Positions 39,951 through 52,368 of a stretch of 64,000 bases of DNA are shown piece by piece. Made by a program: the position numbers and the translations under genes. Under the pieces are notes generated by a model. The model saw nothing but the letters and a program-made list of their open reading frames with translations. It did not search any database and was not told where the DNA came from. Origin of the DNA: Octopus vulgaris (taxonomy: Eukaryota); assembly GCA_951406725.2 (NCBI GenBank), contig OX597831.1, positions 26,040,001 to 26,104,000 of the forward strand. The letters are read 5' to 3'. Position 1 is the stretch's first letter, and each line of letters opens with the position of its first letter.

Positions 39951-40270
39951 AAGCACATGGCTCAGTGGTTAGAGTGTCAGGCTCACAACCATGTGGAAAT
40001 GACTTCGATTCCTGGACCAGGCTATGTGTTGTATTCTTGAGCAAGACACTTTATTTCACATTGCTCCAGCTCACTCAGCTGTAGAAATGAACTGTGACGT
40101 CACTGGTGCCAAGCTTTATTGGCCTTTGCCTTTCTCTTGGATAACATTGGTGGCTTATATGCATGGGTAAATGCTGATCTTTCATAAACAACTTTGCCTG
40201 GACTTGTGCCTCGGAAGAGGGAGACTTTCTAGGTACAACCTCATGGTTATTCATGACTGAAGGGGGTCTT
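39951..40270 (+). mobile_element. SINE family D
   Basis: Homologous to 5400-5728. Confidence 0.85.
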
Positions 40271-40979
40271 ATACTTATTATATACTGTGTGTTATGAAAA
40301 GAATCTGATATTTTGTGATTGTCCCCTACTTTCTTTTACTTGTTGGATCTGGAAGGAAGAACAGTGTCCATGGTCTTTTCAGACTCCTCAAAGCTGCCTT
40401 TGCCTTTCATCATCTCAGGGTCAATAAATTAAGTACCAGTTACACACTTGGGTCGATGTAATCAACTTAATCCCTTTGTCTGTCCTTGTTTGTCCCCTCT
40501 ACGCCGAGCCCCTCACGGGCAATAAAGGAATATCTGATAACTGCAGAAAGATGTGAGCAAGAAGATTCCAGAGGGACAATACATAGGGGTGAAGGACTGG
40601 GAAGAGTGATTAGAGTAGGGCCTGGAGGGCGGGTTGGACATAATGTAGGTTATCCACTATGTTGAGATTAGAGGAGACAAGTGAGTTGGGAGTATTTGAC
40701 TGCTGGGGAACAAACAGAATCCATAATGTTGTGGTAGAAAAGGGAGAGAAAATAAGTAAAATGATGGTAAGCCAGAGGTTTGATGTAGTCTGGGATGTCT
40801 CTTTGTCAAAGAGTGAAAAAATCAGTCATCTTTCCTTTCCCTTAGAAAGGGTCAGTGCTAAAATGTCAGTTCCTTCTTCTCTCACCACATCATGCAAATT
40901 AAATCCAAATTAACCTCTCTTCAGACTCCACATTAGTATGGATGATACGTTTATAAGCTCCTTCATTCATTATTTTGCA

Positions 40980-41165
40980 TATTATTATAATTGCCTTTGC
41001 ACATCTTCTAACGCTAGAGATGTTCTACAGTGTCAGCTGTTCTCTACCAGTGAACTAAGGTAACACCTCTTATTTTTCAAGCACCTTCCAGAGTATTCGA
41101 GCGGTTCCAAGCAGTGCTGTTTTCTGCAAGTGCTCCACCCTTATTGCAGCCCCTATTTGTTCCAC
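40980..41165 (-). mobile_element. R4/Dong-type non-LTR retrotransposon 3' end
   Basis: Minus 41165-41070 reads VEQIGAAIRVEHLQKTALLGTARILWKVLEK*, the LQK..LLGTA.I.R.VL end typical of the R4/Dong clade; abuts (ATT)n. Confidence 0.75.
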
Positions 41166-41309
41166 CGTATTATTATTATTATTATTATTATTATTTACTT
41201 TTAATCTGCATGTTTGTTACAGTCACTTTCTGAGACACACCCAGATTCCCGGGGTGAGTAAAGGATAAGAGATGTTACAGTATGACTTGGGGTGGGGAAA
41301 GTAGCAAAA

Positions 41310-41610
41310 TATGGGTTTAGTGATTGAGGTACTCAGCTCATGATAATAAGGTCATGAGTTCGATTTTCAGCAGTACATTGTGTCCTTGAGCAAGACACTT
41401 TATTTCACTTTATTTCCTGTCCACTCAGCTAGCAAAATTGTATAGGGCCAACCTTGTCACATTCCGTGTCACACAGAATCTCCCTGAGAACTACGTTAAG
41501 GGTACACACGTCTGTGGAGCGCTCAGCCACTTGCACCTTAATTTCACGAGCAGGCTGTCCTGTTTGTCAGAACAACTGGAACCCTCGTCGTCGTAACCGA
41601 CGGAGTACCA
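41310..41610 (+). mobile_element. SINE with family C tail and CORE-like centre
   Basis: gagttcgatt B box; ccttgagcaagacactt; tail ggaaccctcgtcgtcgtaaccgacggag. Confidence 0.8.
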
Positions 41611-41804
41611 GTTTATATGTAACTAAGATAACATTAGTCATTGTGTCCCTCGTTTTCTACAATGGTAGTGTGTGATTTATGGCTTCATTAAACTACTTAT
41701 ATATAATAATGGTCACAAACGTGTAGAAATATCTGTTGACAGCTGCTATGCCAATAACTTGTATATTTATCATTACGGGGGTAGCAATACAGTTTCTTTT
41801 TTAT

Positions 41805-42006
41805 TCTTTTATTCTTTTGTTTGTTTCAGGCATTTGACTGTGGCCATGCTGTAGCGCTGCCTTTAGTCGAACAAATCGACCCCAGGACTTATTCTTTGTA
41901 AGCCTAGTACTTATTCTATCAGTCTCTTTTGCCGAACCGCTAAGTTACGGGGACATGAACACACCAACATCAGTTGTCAAGCGATGTGGGGGGAACAAAC
42001 ACACAA

Positions 42007-42072
<66 letters not shown>

Positions 42073-42235
42073 GACGGGCTTCTTTCAGTTTCCGTCAACC
42101 AAATCCACTCATAAGGCTTTAGTCGGCCCGAGGCTATAGTAGAAGACACTTGCCCAAGGTACCACGCAGTGGGACTGAACCCGGAACCATGTGGCTGGTA
42201 AGCAAGCTACTTACCAAACAGCCACTCCTGCGCCT
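41805..42235 (-). mobile_element. SINE family A, full length
   Basis: Homology to other family A copies. Confidence 0.93.
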
Positions 42236-42559
42236 ATATTGATCATCCACAGTGTGGATGATCAATAAATAAATATATGACGAGACATTTTTATGTATTT
42301 AGTTTCACTGTGAAAAGAGGACACACGGCAGCTTTTTTCGATAACTTTTTAAAAATTGCTGCAGAAGATTATGTGTTAAAATATAAGCAAATTTGTGCCA
42401 GGACACAATTCATTTTCTTTATCAAATGAACAATTAAGATACAAGATATTTTCCGCATTCGCCTTTCAGGTCTGCTGTAAGGTGAAGGGAGATAACTCTA
42501 AATTGACTATCATATTTCAACATGGATCCGAAAGTTGTCCAACTTGAAGCGGAGTGTAT

Positions 42560-42626
<67 letters not shown>

Positions 42627-42666
42627 CAATAATGTTAGTAAGGTTGATTCCTTTATATCTTCCTTC

Positions 42667-42865
42667 TGTACTACTTAAGAGTGGTCCCGGTGCGCGTACT
42701 CGCGCATCCGCGCTAGCTAGTCGTGACTAGTCGATCCTTACTTTGTGTTTTTGTTTTATTTACTTTAGTAGGTAGTCATTGTAGGATCGACTATTCACGA
42801 CTAGCTAGCGCGGATGCGCGAGCACGCGAGTGCGCGCACCGGGACCACTCTCCTTAAGTAGTACC
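42667..42865. mobile_element. CpG-rich fold-back MITE (Merlin- or Mutator-like)
   Basis: ~70-80 bp TIRs tgtactacttaag...cttaagtagtacc; 9-bp TSD tcttccttc at 42658-42666 and 42866-42874. Confidence 0.8.
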
Positions 42866-43133
42866 TCTTCCTTCTTTGAATCTCTTTAATAATAAAATTA
42901 GATTTCTGAAAATAAATAATTCTATTCAACTGTACGTGTGTGCGCCTATGTGCTCCATTGTAATTCTGTGGCCAATTTCGACAAATTGAGAAGGAAACTA
43001 CCGAAATACACAGAACGAAAGTGTACTTCTATCAAGTTTACTTATCCTGTCTTGAATGTTTTCGTGTCTATAAACACTTCGTTTTTCCTGATAGAAGAAA
43101 CCACTAAAACAGTATATTATACGCTATATATTT

Positions 43134-43449
43134 ATACAGTTCTATATTTAAGAGATGAGGACTTATGTACATTATTTACATTTGACGGATATTTGCCCTC
43201 ATCTTGTTTTTTGGTAACATAACCTTTTGGTTGAAATATTCTCCAGCCTTCATCAGGTGTCTTGGGAAAGTTTCGAACGTGGGTTCTCATTCCTAAGGTA
43301 TTTTTCGATGTTGTTATAATAATAATTATTATTATTATTATTAATATCATTATTGTTGTTGTTGTTCAAGTCACTGCTTGAAATCGAACTCGGAATCTTG
43401 AGGTTAGTAGCCCGCGCTCTTAACCACTACACCATATGCCCGTGGGCAT
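43134..43449 (-). mobile_element. tRNA-headed SINE with a hammerhead-like tail
   Basis: Minus: A box tggtgtagtgg, B box gagttcgatt, (AAC)/(AAT) spacer, then gacac-CTGATGA-a-ggctg...caacc-aaaaggtt-atgtt. Confidence 0.75.
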
Positions 43450-43922
43450 AATGTAAATAATGTACTATATATTTATATCCTAAACTATGCTTTGCTATAC
43501 AAGTTAGACATATTTGCAATACAGCATTACTGTAGGAAGCTTGATCCAATATTATCTCGTTTATTAAAGCTAGCATCTTTTCTGATTTAATAAGCTTCTT
43601 CTTTCCAAGTTCCCATTTATCTCTCTCTCTCTCAACTACTGGTATGTTTGTTGACCAACACATGGCACTTCTTTATCTTGCGTGTATTATCCATTAAAAT
43701 TTACTTGTGTTTCTCTATGTAGTTGTTTCTTCTACATGCAACAATTTATACATTGGAGGATTAGTGTTGTATTTGTTTTGTTTTTTTAACTCACTTGTTC
43801 TCAACTATTCTGAAATGTAACATTACACAGCAGACTGATCATTCTCAGCTCATCCATTTCCTAACATGTGGCAGTTCTTACAACCAGCTTATATCTGTCT
43901 GAATGTCTGTCTGTCTATCTGT

Positions 43923-44140
43923 CTCTTTACTCTTTTACTTGTTTCAGTCATTTGACTGCGGCCATGCTGGAGCACCGCCTTTAATCGAGCAACTCGACCC
44001 CGGGACTTATTCTTTTGTAAGCCCAGTACTTATTCTATCGGTCTCTTTTGCCGAACCGCTAAGTAACGGGGACATAAACACACCAGCATCGGTTGTCAAG
44101 CAATGCTAGGGGGACAAACACAGACACACAAACACACACA

Positions 44141-44185
<45 letters not shown>

Positions 44186-44230
44186 GATGGGCTTCTTTCA
44201 GTTTCCGTCTACCAAATCCACTCACAAGGA
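43923..44230 (-). mobile_element. SINE family A, 5' truncated
   Basis: Homology; near-identical to 46434-46828 in the opposite orientation. Confidence 0.9.
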
Positions 44231-44248
44231 TTGGTCTGTATGTATGTC

Positions 44249-44285
<37 letters not shown>

Positions 44286-44327
44286 GCATGGATGGGTGAA
44301 TGGATGGATGCATGCATGCATGCATGC

Positions 44328-44558
44328 AGCGAGCTGGCAGAAACGTTAGCACGCTGGGCGAAATGCTTAGTGGTATTTCGTCTGCCGCTATAATCTGAGT
44401 TCAAATTCTGCCAAGGTCGACTTTACCTTTCATCCTTTCAAGGTCAATTAAATAAGTACCAGTTACGCTCTGGGGTCGATGTAATCGACTTAATCCGTTT
44501 GTCTGTCCTGGTTTGTCCCCTCTGTGTGTAGCTCCTTGTGGGCAGTAAAGAAATAAGG
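44328..44558 (+). mobile_element. SINE family B
   Basis: Homology to other family B copies. Confidence 0.9.
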
Positions 44559-44610
<52 letters not shown>

Positions 44611-46165
44611 CAGATAGACAGACACAGACACACACACACACGTGTGTGTGTGTACGTATTGTGATACCTGTGGTAAATAACAAATGGAGGTTACACAATT
44701 TCTTTCTGAACAACAGATGATTTGTTTATAGTAATCAAATGTTGGTGTTGAGCAATTAGCTCACTTCCTCCATTAAATTAACATTGTCTCTACTGGTGCA
44801 TAGTGTGCCACATGTCAGATGTCAACATGATCAGGTAGCAACTTAAAATGAAGTGTTTTGCTCAAAAGCACAGCACATCACCTGGTCCAGGAATTGAAAC
44901 GAAGATCTTGTGATCATGAATTCAACGTCCTAACCACTAGGCCATGCACATTAACAACATGTATGTGTGTGTGTGTAAGAGAGAGAGAGAGAGAGAGAGA
45001 GCAGGAAGTTGTCACCATTATTCTGTAATGTGCATATTCCATGTTGGTATGAATTGAATGGTTCAACAAGATCCAACAGGATCCAGAGGACTGCATTAAG
45101 CTCCAAGGTTTGCTTTGGCATGCTTTCTATGGCTCCATGCTCTTTCTAATGCCAACCACTTTACAGTGTGTATTGGGTGCATTTTTGTGGTATCAACACC
45201 AGTGAAGTCACCATGTAATTCACAAGATAAAACCCTTTGTCAAAGTCGGGGTTCAGTATTGAGGGAGATGGCTTTGCACCTAATGTCGAGAGGCTACAGT
45301 CAGGTAGAGGGAGAGACACAGGTGTCATGTAGAGCAGTGGCCTCAATCCCCTCTTTATACCACTAACCAGTTTCATGCCAGACAATCTTTCCATGGACTG
45401 GTTGTGGCACATATGTGTAATTTAAGTGCATTTTGATAAAAAGAGCAATGACAAAAAAAAATAACAATTTATTAAAGGGAAGAAAAAGTGTATAATCTTT
45501 TGATTCTCATTTCTGTGCTCCAGCCTGGCCACACACTTGTGTACTTAGTTTCCCTGAATCAATAATTATTACACCACTATCAATATCAAATCACCATAAT
45601 GTAGAATCAGTAGGGGCCCTGAGTTTGTTTCCCTGCAACTAGACAGCCCCATCTGGGAGTGATGAGAGACAATGACATGTGAAGTGTGTTCCTTATGTCT
45701 AGTCTAGTTCGTAATTTTGTTTTGGTTGTTGTCACTGCAGAAAACCCCACTTATTTCTTTGTGGCCTGATAGCAAATGATCAACAGGCTGGTACCAGTTT
45801 ATAGCCTGGTGGTTGGGGACCTCTGATGTAGAGGAGATACATTATTATACCCACTGGAAACAGAGTAAAGGATGGTGGAGATGAGGTCGTTTTTAATTAC
45901 TATCAAGTAATTTTTTTCATCGTTATATCTTTGCCAGTGGCAATTATTGGAACAATTCAGGAAATTAATTTTCTTTTTATTAATTGCAGTTAAATTAAAA
46001 ATGAAATTCTTATTTGAATGGATCATCAAACTTCCATTTGATTTTATACCCAAATATTCTTTTAGCAAGACTGAGTGTTTTTTTTTACTATTCTGTCATC
46101 AAAATCTGGAAAGAAAATGTTAGATTTTGCAAATGTTTATTGTTTTGGGGGCGGTTTTATCACTA

Positions 46166-46327
46166 GGTCCCAGGTGTCGATGTGGGGTAAGGAGTTTGCT
46201 TCCCAACCACATGGTTCTGTGTTCAGTCCCACTGCATGGCATCTTGAACAAGTATTTTCTACTATAACCTTGGGCCAACCAAAGTCTTGTGAGTCGATTT
46301 AGCAGATGGAAACTGAAAGGAACCTTT

Positions 46328-46367
<40 letters not shown>

Positions 46368-46918
46368 ATTACTTAGTGCTTCAGTAAGGCAGAAGATTCA
46401 CCAGAATAGTTACCAGGCTTCAAAAAAAAAAAAATGGCTGTATGGTAAGTAGCTTGTTTACCAACCACATGGTTCCGGGTTCAGTCCCACTGCGTGGCAC
46501 CTTAAGCAACTGTCTTTTACTATAGCCTCGGGCCAACCAAAGCCTTGTGAGTGGATTTGGTAGACGGAAACTGAAAGAAGCCCGTCGTATATATGTATAT
46601 ATATGTATATGCGTGTGTGTGTTTGTGTGTCTGTGCTTGTCCCCCTAGCATTGCTTGACAACCGATGCTGGTGTGTTTATGTCCCCGTTACTTAGCGGTT
46701 CGGCAAAAGAGACCGATAGAATAAATACTGGGCTTACAAAAGAATAAGTCCCGGGGTCGAGTTGCTCGATTAAAGGCGGTGCTCCAGCATGGCTGCAGTC
46801 AAATGACTGAAACAAGTAAAAGAATAAAGAAAAGTGCTGTGGTTGATTCATTTGACTAAAATTCTTCAAGATGGTGCCCCAGCATGGCCACAGCCTAATG
46901 ACTGAAACAAGTAAAGAC
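46166..46918 (+). mobile_element. Old SINE A subfamily copy interrupted by a younger SINE A (46434-46828)
   Basis: Old head at 46166-46425; old tail resumes at 46834-46918 after the complete tail of the nested copy. Confidence 0.8.
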
Positions 46919-47317
46919 TAAATTATATTTTCCATCTCAGCTAGTGTGCAGCAATCAACAAACTAAAAGTTTATTGGATAAAAACAAGCTTAGGGATTTG
47001 AAGCTTGTTTTCTTGCATTGTCCAATAATATATTTTCAGATACTAAATCAATATTGATATTGGCCTTCACGTCCACCCTCATGTCCAGACCATCAGCCTT
47101 GGGCTATAGCCACAGTTAGCAAATACCACCTACAGATAGTATTAATATTAGCATACTTTGTAATTGAATAATCTCAAACAGGATTAAGTCTGTAGCAGCA
47201 GTATTTTATTTTAAGCATCAATTTTAGATCACCTTTATAGCTGTACATAGTGAACTTTCTTCTGTTATATACATAGATACATACATACATACACGTGTGT
47301 GTATGTATGTATGTATG

Positions 47318-47358
<41 letters not shown>

Positions 47359-47399
47359 ATGCATATATATATATATATCAGAGTAAGCACATAAATGTA

Positions 47400-47519
47400 G
47401 TATTTATTCTATTGGTTTCTCTTGCCGAACCGCTAAGTTACAGGGACATAAACACACCAGCATCAGTTGTCAAGCAATGTTAGGAGGACAAACACAGACA
47501 CAGAAACATATACACACAC

Positions 47520-47564
<45 letters not shown>

Positions 47565-47663
47565 CACATATGATGGGCTTCTTTCAGTTTTTGTCTACCA
47601 AATCCACTCACAAGGCTTTGATTGGCCCGAGGCTATAGTAGAAGACACTTGCCCAAGGTGCTA
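47400..47663 (-). mobile_element. SINE family A, internal fragment
   Basis: Homology to other family A copies. Confidence 0.85.
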
Positions 47664-48336
47664 TGGAATGATATATATATATTACAGCTGTAATAATGTC
47701 AGAGAGAGAGAGAGAGAGACACTGCTTGTTCCAGTTTCACATATTCATCTAATAATCATATTGGCCTCCATATCTACCATCTCGTTCAGAAAACTAGTTT
47801 GTGGTAATATGTTTTAGCCAAAGTTAGCATATGCCACCTGAGGACAATGGTTATGTTGCTTTTCAAAACGTCAATAATTGAATAATTTCAAACAGAAATG
47901 TCATTTGTCACTGGTGCAGCATGAATTAGAAATTAATTCTATTAGCTTCTTATTCATGTATACTTTAGAATTTGATTACGTTCACCATGTTGTATAGATT
48001 ATAAGTTTTCATCTTGTTTAAGTAACTCTTAAGCGAAGAAATTTTCTAAGATAAATGGTATTGTATTTGCAGTAATCCATTTACATTACAAGAAAGATGG
48101 TGATTTGACAGAAGCATTAACATGCTGAGTAAAAAGCTTAGCAACATTACGTCCATGTTATGAGTTCAAATCCCACCAATGCCAACATTACTTTTCATCC
48201 CTTTTGAGGATTGATAAAATAGAGTCAGTGTAATCAACTTAATCCATTCCTTAAAATTTCTGGCCATGCGCCAAAATTTGACCAATATACACTGCGAGTA
48301 TACTGTCTCTGATTTTTGCTCATGGATTAGTAATTT

Positions 48337-48585
48337 TATTCTGTTGTGTCTGAGGAGAGTCATTTTCTTTTTATGCCTCATAATTTAACACACTCACTGG
48401 TAAAATTTCCACTTTTTTCTTATTTTTATTTTCCTAAAATTTTCGTTGCATCTTGCAACCTTTTCAATAGTCTTGAGTCAAGACTAGGAAAATAAAAATA
48501 AGAAAAAAGTGGAAATTTTACCGGTGAGTGTGTTTCATTATAAAGGCACAAAAAGAAAATGACTCTCCCCAGACACAACAGAATA
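48337..48585. repeat. ~100-bp imperfect inverted repeat; spacer carries a hammerhead-like fold on the minus strand
   Basis: Arms 48337-48436 and 48485-48585. Confidence 0.9.
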
Positions 48586-49717
48586 TGCTTCAACACACGA
48601 AATCATATAAAGACTCTTGCAAACCAAATCCCAAAACAAAATTAGTCATTTTATTTTCATTGATATCAATAAAATTTTTAGGAAATGCACCAATGCCAAA
48701 GCTCATTTCCCCTTTCTTAAAAATTGAAGCTTTCTTATCTAAAATTTCATTTTTAATCAAGAACTTGGAATATTATCAAACAACCTATTAAACAAACTTA
48801 ACAAGCCAAATGAAGATATTCATGTGAAATATCTTCGATCTAGTCTATATTGATCAAGCTAATAACACAACAGTACTACATCTTATCACTAGCATTTACA
48901 ACTAATAAGATAAGGCGGTTGATGCACCTGAGTAACAAAGAGTAAAGTAAACATATTAGTGAATTTAATACAAGCATTCTTTATATCTCTTATTCTTTAT
49001 CTCTGTAAGATAATGCAGCCTTTCTATGTTCTTAACTTTCTATAATCTCTCATAATCCAGTGATATTTTTTTTTTTTCTAATCATTATATTTGATAAGTT
49101 GTCATCTTTGATAGGATTATAAAAAAAGGATGTCAATCATTTAAAAAATATTTGATCTTTGTATTGTATTGAAAACTATCAAAATTTTTCTAGATTTATT
49201 AACAGAAAAATCACTTATTTTTCATATGGCCATTCGTTAATTTTTCTTTTAATGAATATTTAAATTGTATAGGATGACAGATGAAGTAAAAGAAGTTATT
49301 TATTAAAAAACAAAGATGCTTAGCAAATAGGCTTTACCTATCAAAATATTATGATAATCCATTACAGATTATAGATATAGAGAGCTTAATATATATTTTT
49401 TCTCTCGCCAATTTTGTGGTTAGATGGCTTTGGGTCACTTTAAACATACACTGGACGGCTATTTGTTACAGAATGAAACTTTGGTTTTGCTTTTAAAATT
49501 TTCATTGCTCAAATATATTTAAAGGAGATTCTAAGATAAAGGAAAGGAAAAGAAAAGAAATGATATATTTTTCAATGCTTGAAATTAACTGACCGGAATC
49601 TATTGCATCAGCTTAAATCTTAGATTTCAGCCGAAGCCGGTCGTTTGCAAAACTCTGCTGGATTATATGAAGGAATTTACCTAAAATATTTGCTTTAGCT
49701 AAATCTCACTTTTGATA

Positions 49718-49772
49718 ATGCATGCCAATGTTCAAGCCCAAGTAGCAGCAACAGCTAGTGGCAAAATCTCTG
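49718..49772 (+). CDS. Candidate first coding exon, MHANVQAQVAATASGKIS(G), gene unidentified
   Basis: In-frame TAA at 49700-49702; ATG 49718; G|GTAAGA donor, phase 1; paralogous to 63189-63243; lies in about 1.5 kb with no recognisable TE. Confidence 0.6.
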
Positions 49773-50341
49773 GTAAGAAGACTTGCATCTCCCTATATTC
49801 ACCATTCCACAATTCATTCTGAAACTAATATCATCACTGCCAACATCACCACTATTACTGTACTTACATTCGCATTTTCTTTTTCTGTGTTCACATGGGT
49901 TCTTAATTACTCTATAAATACTTCAAATTGACTGTATGTTTACCTAATTATTTCTTGTTATTAACTAATTAGATTTTCCACTAACTGTTTGATATGCTAA
50001 TTTATTTCTTAACTGGATTTTTCTGTTTTAATTAAATACTCCGGATTAGTTCTTAACTATTAATTATAGAACAGCGCACTTTACTAGGTAATCAACAATT
50101 TGTTTGTTGTTGTGGTTGTTGTTGCTGCTTTTTGTTATTATTGAGCAGCAGAATTATTTGAGAATCAGAACAAATACCACACGGTATTTGTTCTGGCACT
50201 TTACATGCTGAGTTCAATCTATGCCAGAGTCGACTCTGTGTTTCATCCCCTCCAGGGCCAATAAAAGTGTTGGGATCAGTATAGGCATCTGATACCCATC
50301 CACGTCTCAAAACTGCTGGCCTTGTGCCAAAAGTAGAAAGG

Positions 50342-50373
<32 letters not shown>

Positions 50374-51577
50374 CATTATTATTATTATTATTATTATGTT
50401 GTTGTTGTTGTTGTCAGCATTTTCCTCACTGTCATCGTTGCTGCTGCTGCTGTTGCTAGCAGTTCCAAGTCTCACCCAGTGACCTCAAGTAAAAACAAGC
50501 CGTTTGTTTTAATGTGAATATTATTTATGAGTAGCAAATGATACATTGCATGAAAAGGAGTCCCAATTCTGAGAATCAATATTTTGTCAAAAGTTTGTTT
50601 TAATAGTTCTGATCTTGAAAGAGTTTAAGACTGAGATATTCTCAAACTGATAGTATTTTTTTCTTAGAACGTAGACTCTACTCATGAGAACAATTTGTTT
50701 GTATTTCTGATCCTTTGTGGTTTCTTGGTATTTAACTACAAGGTTTAAGTGTACCAGTAACACTAACAGCTAAACCTCTCCTCTTCATTAACCTCACTGT
50801 GGCACAAAGAAACAATAGTGAAATTGATGAAATACACACAGCTTCGTGACAAAATTCAAACAAAAAGAGATGGGTTTTGAGAAGCTCATCCTTAAGACTC
50901 CAAAAGATATAATTCTGATGAAAATGTCATGAGATGTTGGAATATTGTAAAAACCCCTTCCCGCTTCTTCAATGTTACACTTTCTTTTGAACCCAAATGA
51001 GTGGCTTCTCTCACTTTTTCTCCATCCACTGTGGTCATATTTGGGGTTAGCTCTGTAAATGCACATGGCCTGGGTCAGTCAGAAAGCAAAGTGACTTACT
51101 TATCAATCTCAGGTCCCTAGATTTAGATATGGTGGTGGGTATCAGTGAAGCCCAACCACTTTGAGAATTGTTTCTTCTCAATGGCTATGAGATGCAATGC
51201 TTTTTATTTTCTAGATGCAAACTGGGTTGGTCGACTGACTGGGGACAAAACCACGATGTAGTGGATGACCTAAAGTTTTAAATAAAATCCAACATCATAG
51301 TCTGACAATCTTTGTGGAGCTTCAAAAAATAAATCTGTACTTTAGTTTGAAAACAAAAATGTCAATTAGGATTAAGTTAATCCTGTTAGTAGATGTAATG
51401 GCTCCTTCACTAATTGTAAAATTCTTGTGTCTGACTGTATTAAAATATAGGTCGCCTACATTAATTTGATGAAGTTTCATAATCAGAATACACAGAGGTC
51501 AAGTAAAGACATCTTTTATAAATGCTGTCCAAATTCTGTTTGCATACTTTGCAGTAGAAGTGCTAAATTGCCAAAAA

Positions 51578-51800
51578 GGTGGTGAGCTGGCTGAAACGTT
51601 AGCATGCCTGGTGAAATGCTTAGCGGTATTTCATCTGCCATTACGTTCTCAGTTCAAATTCCACTGATGTCGACTTTGCCTTTCATCCTTCCGGGGTTGA
51701 TAAATTAAGTACCAGTTATGCACTGGGGTCGATGTAATTAACTTAATCTCCTTGTTTGTCCCCTCTATGTTTAGCCCCTTGTGGGCAATAAAGAAATAAG
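51578..51800 (+). mobile_element. SINE family B with TSD aattgccaaa
   Basis: Repeat at 51566-51575 and 51801-51810. Confidence 0.9.
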
Positions 51801-52126
51801 AATTGCCAAATTGTCAGTGTCAGACAAAATATCTTGTAGTATTTCTTTTAGCAATTCTCAATTCAAATACCATCAAGGACAATTTTGCCTTTCATTTGTC
51901 TGTGTTCGTTACAATAAAATACCAGTCAAATAATAAAACTGATGATTCCAACTTCTTGTCTCCCCTCAAAACTGCTGGCCTCTTGGAAACAATTATATCT
52001 GTTTGTGTGTACTAGTTTCTTTCATATGTGTGTTTATGTTCGGTTATGTATATGTAGGTGTATACTCTTTCACAAATTACAGTCTGAAGGTTGTGGTTCT
52101 GCAGGGATAATGCTTGTACTAACATT

Positions 52127-52368
52127 TATTTCTTTATTGCCCACAGGAGTGGAAGGGGGTTAAATATAGAGGGGACAAACAAGGACAGACGAAGAGATTA
52201 AGTCAATTACATTGACCTCAGTGTGTAACTGGTACTTATTTAATCGACCCCGAAAGGATGAAAGGCAAAGTCAACCTCAGTGGAATTTGAACTCAGAACA
52301 AAACGGCAGACGAAATACTGCTAAGCATTTCGCCCAGTATGCTAATGATTCTGCCAGCTTGGTGCCCT
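52127..52368 (-). mobile_element. SINE family B with 16-bp TSD
   Basis: tgcttgtactaacatt / tgcttgtgctaatatt. Confidence 0.9.
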
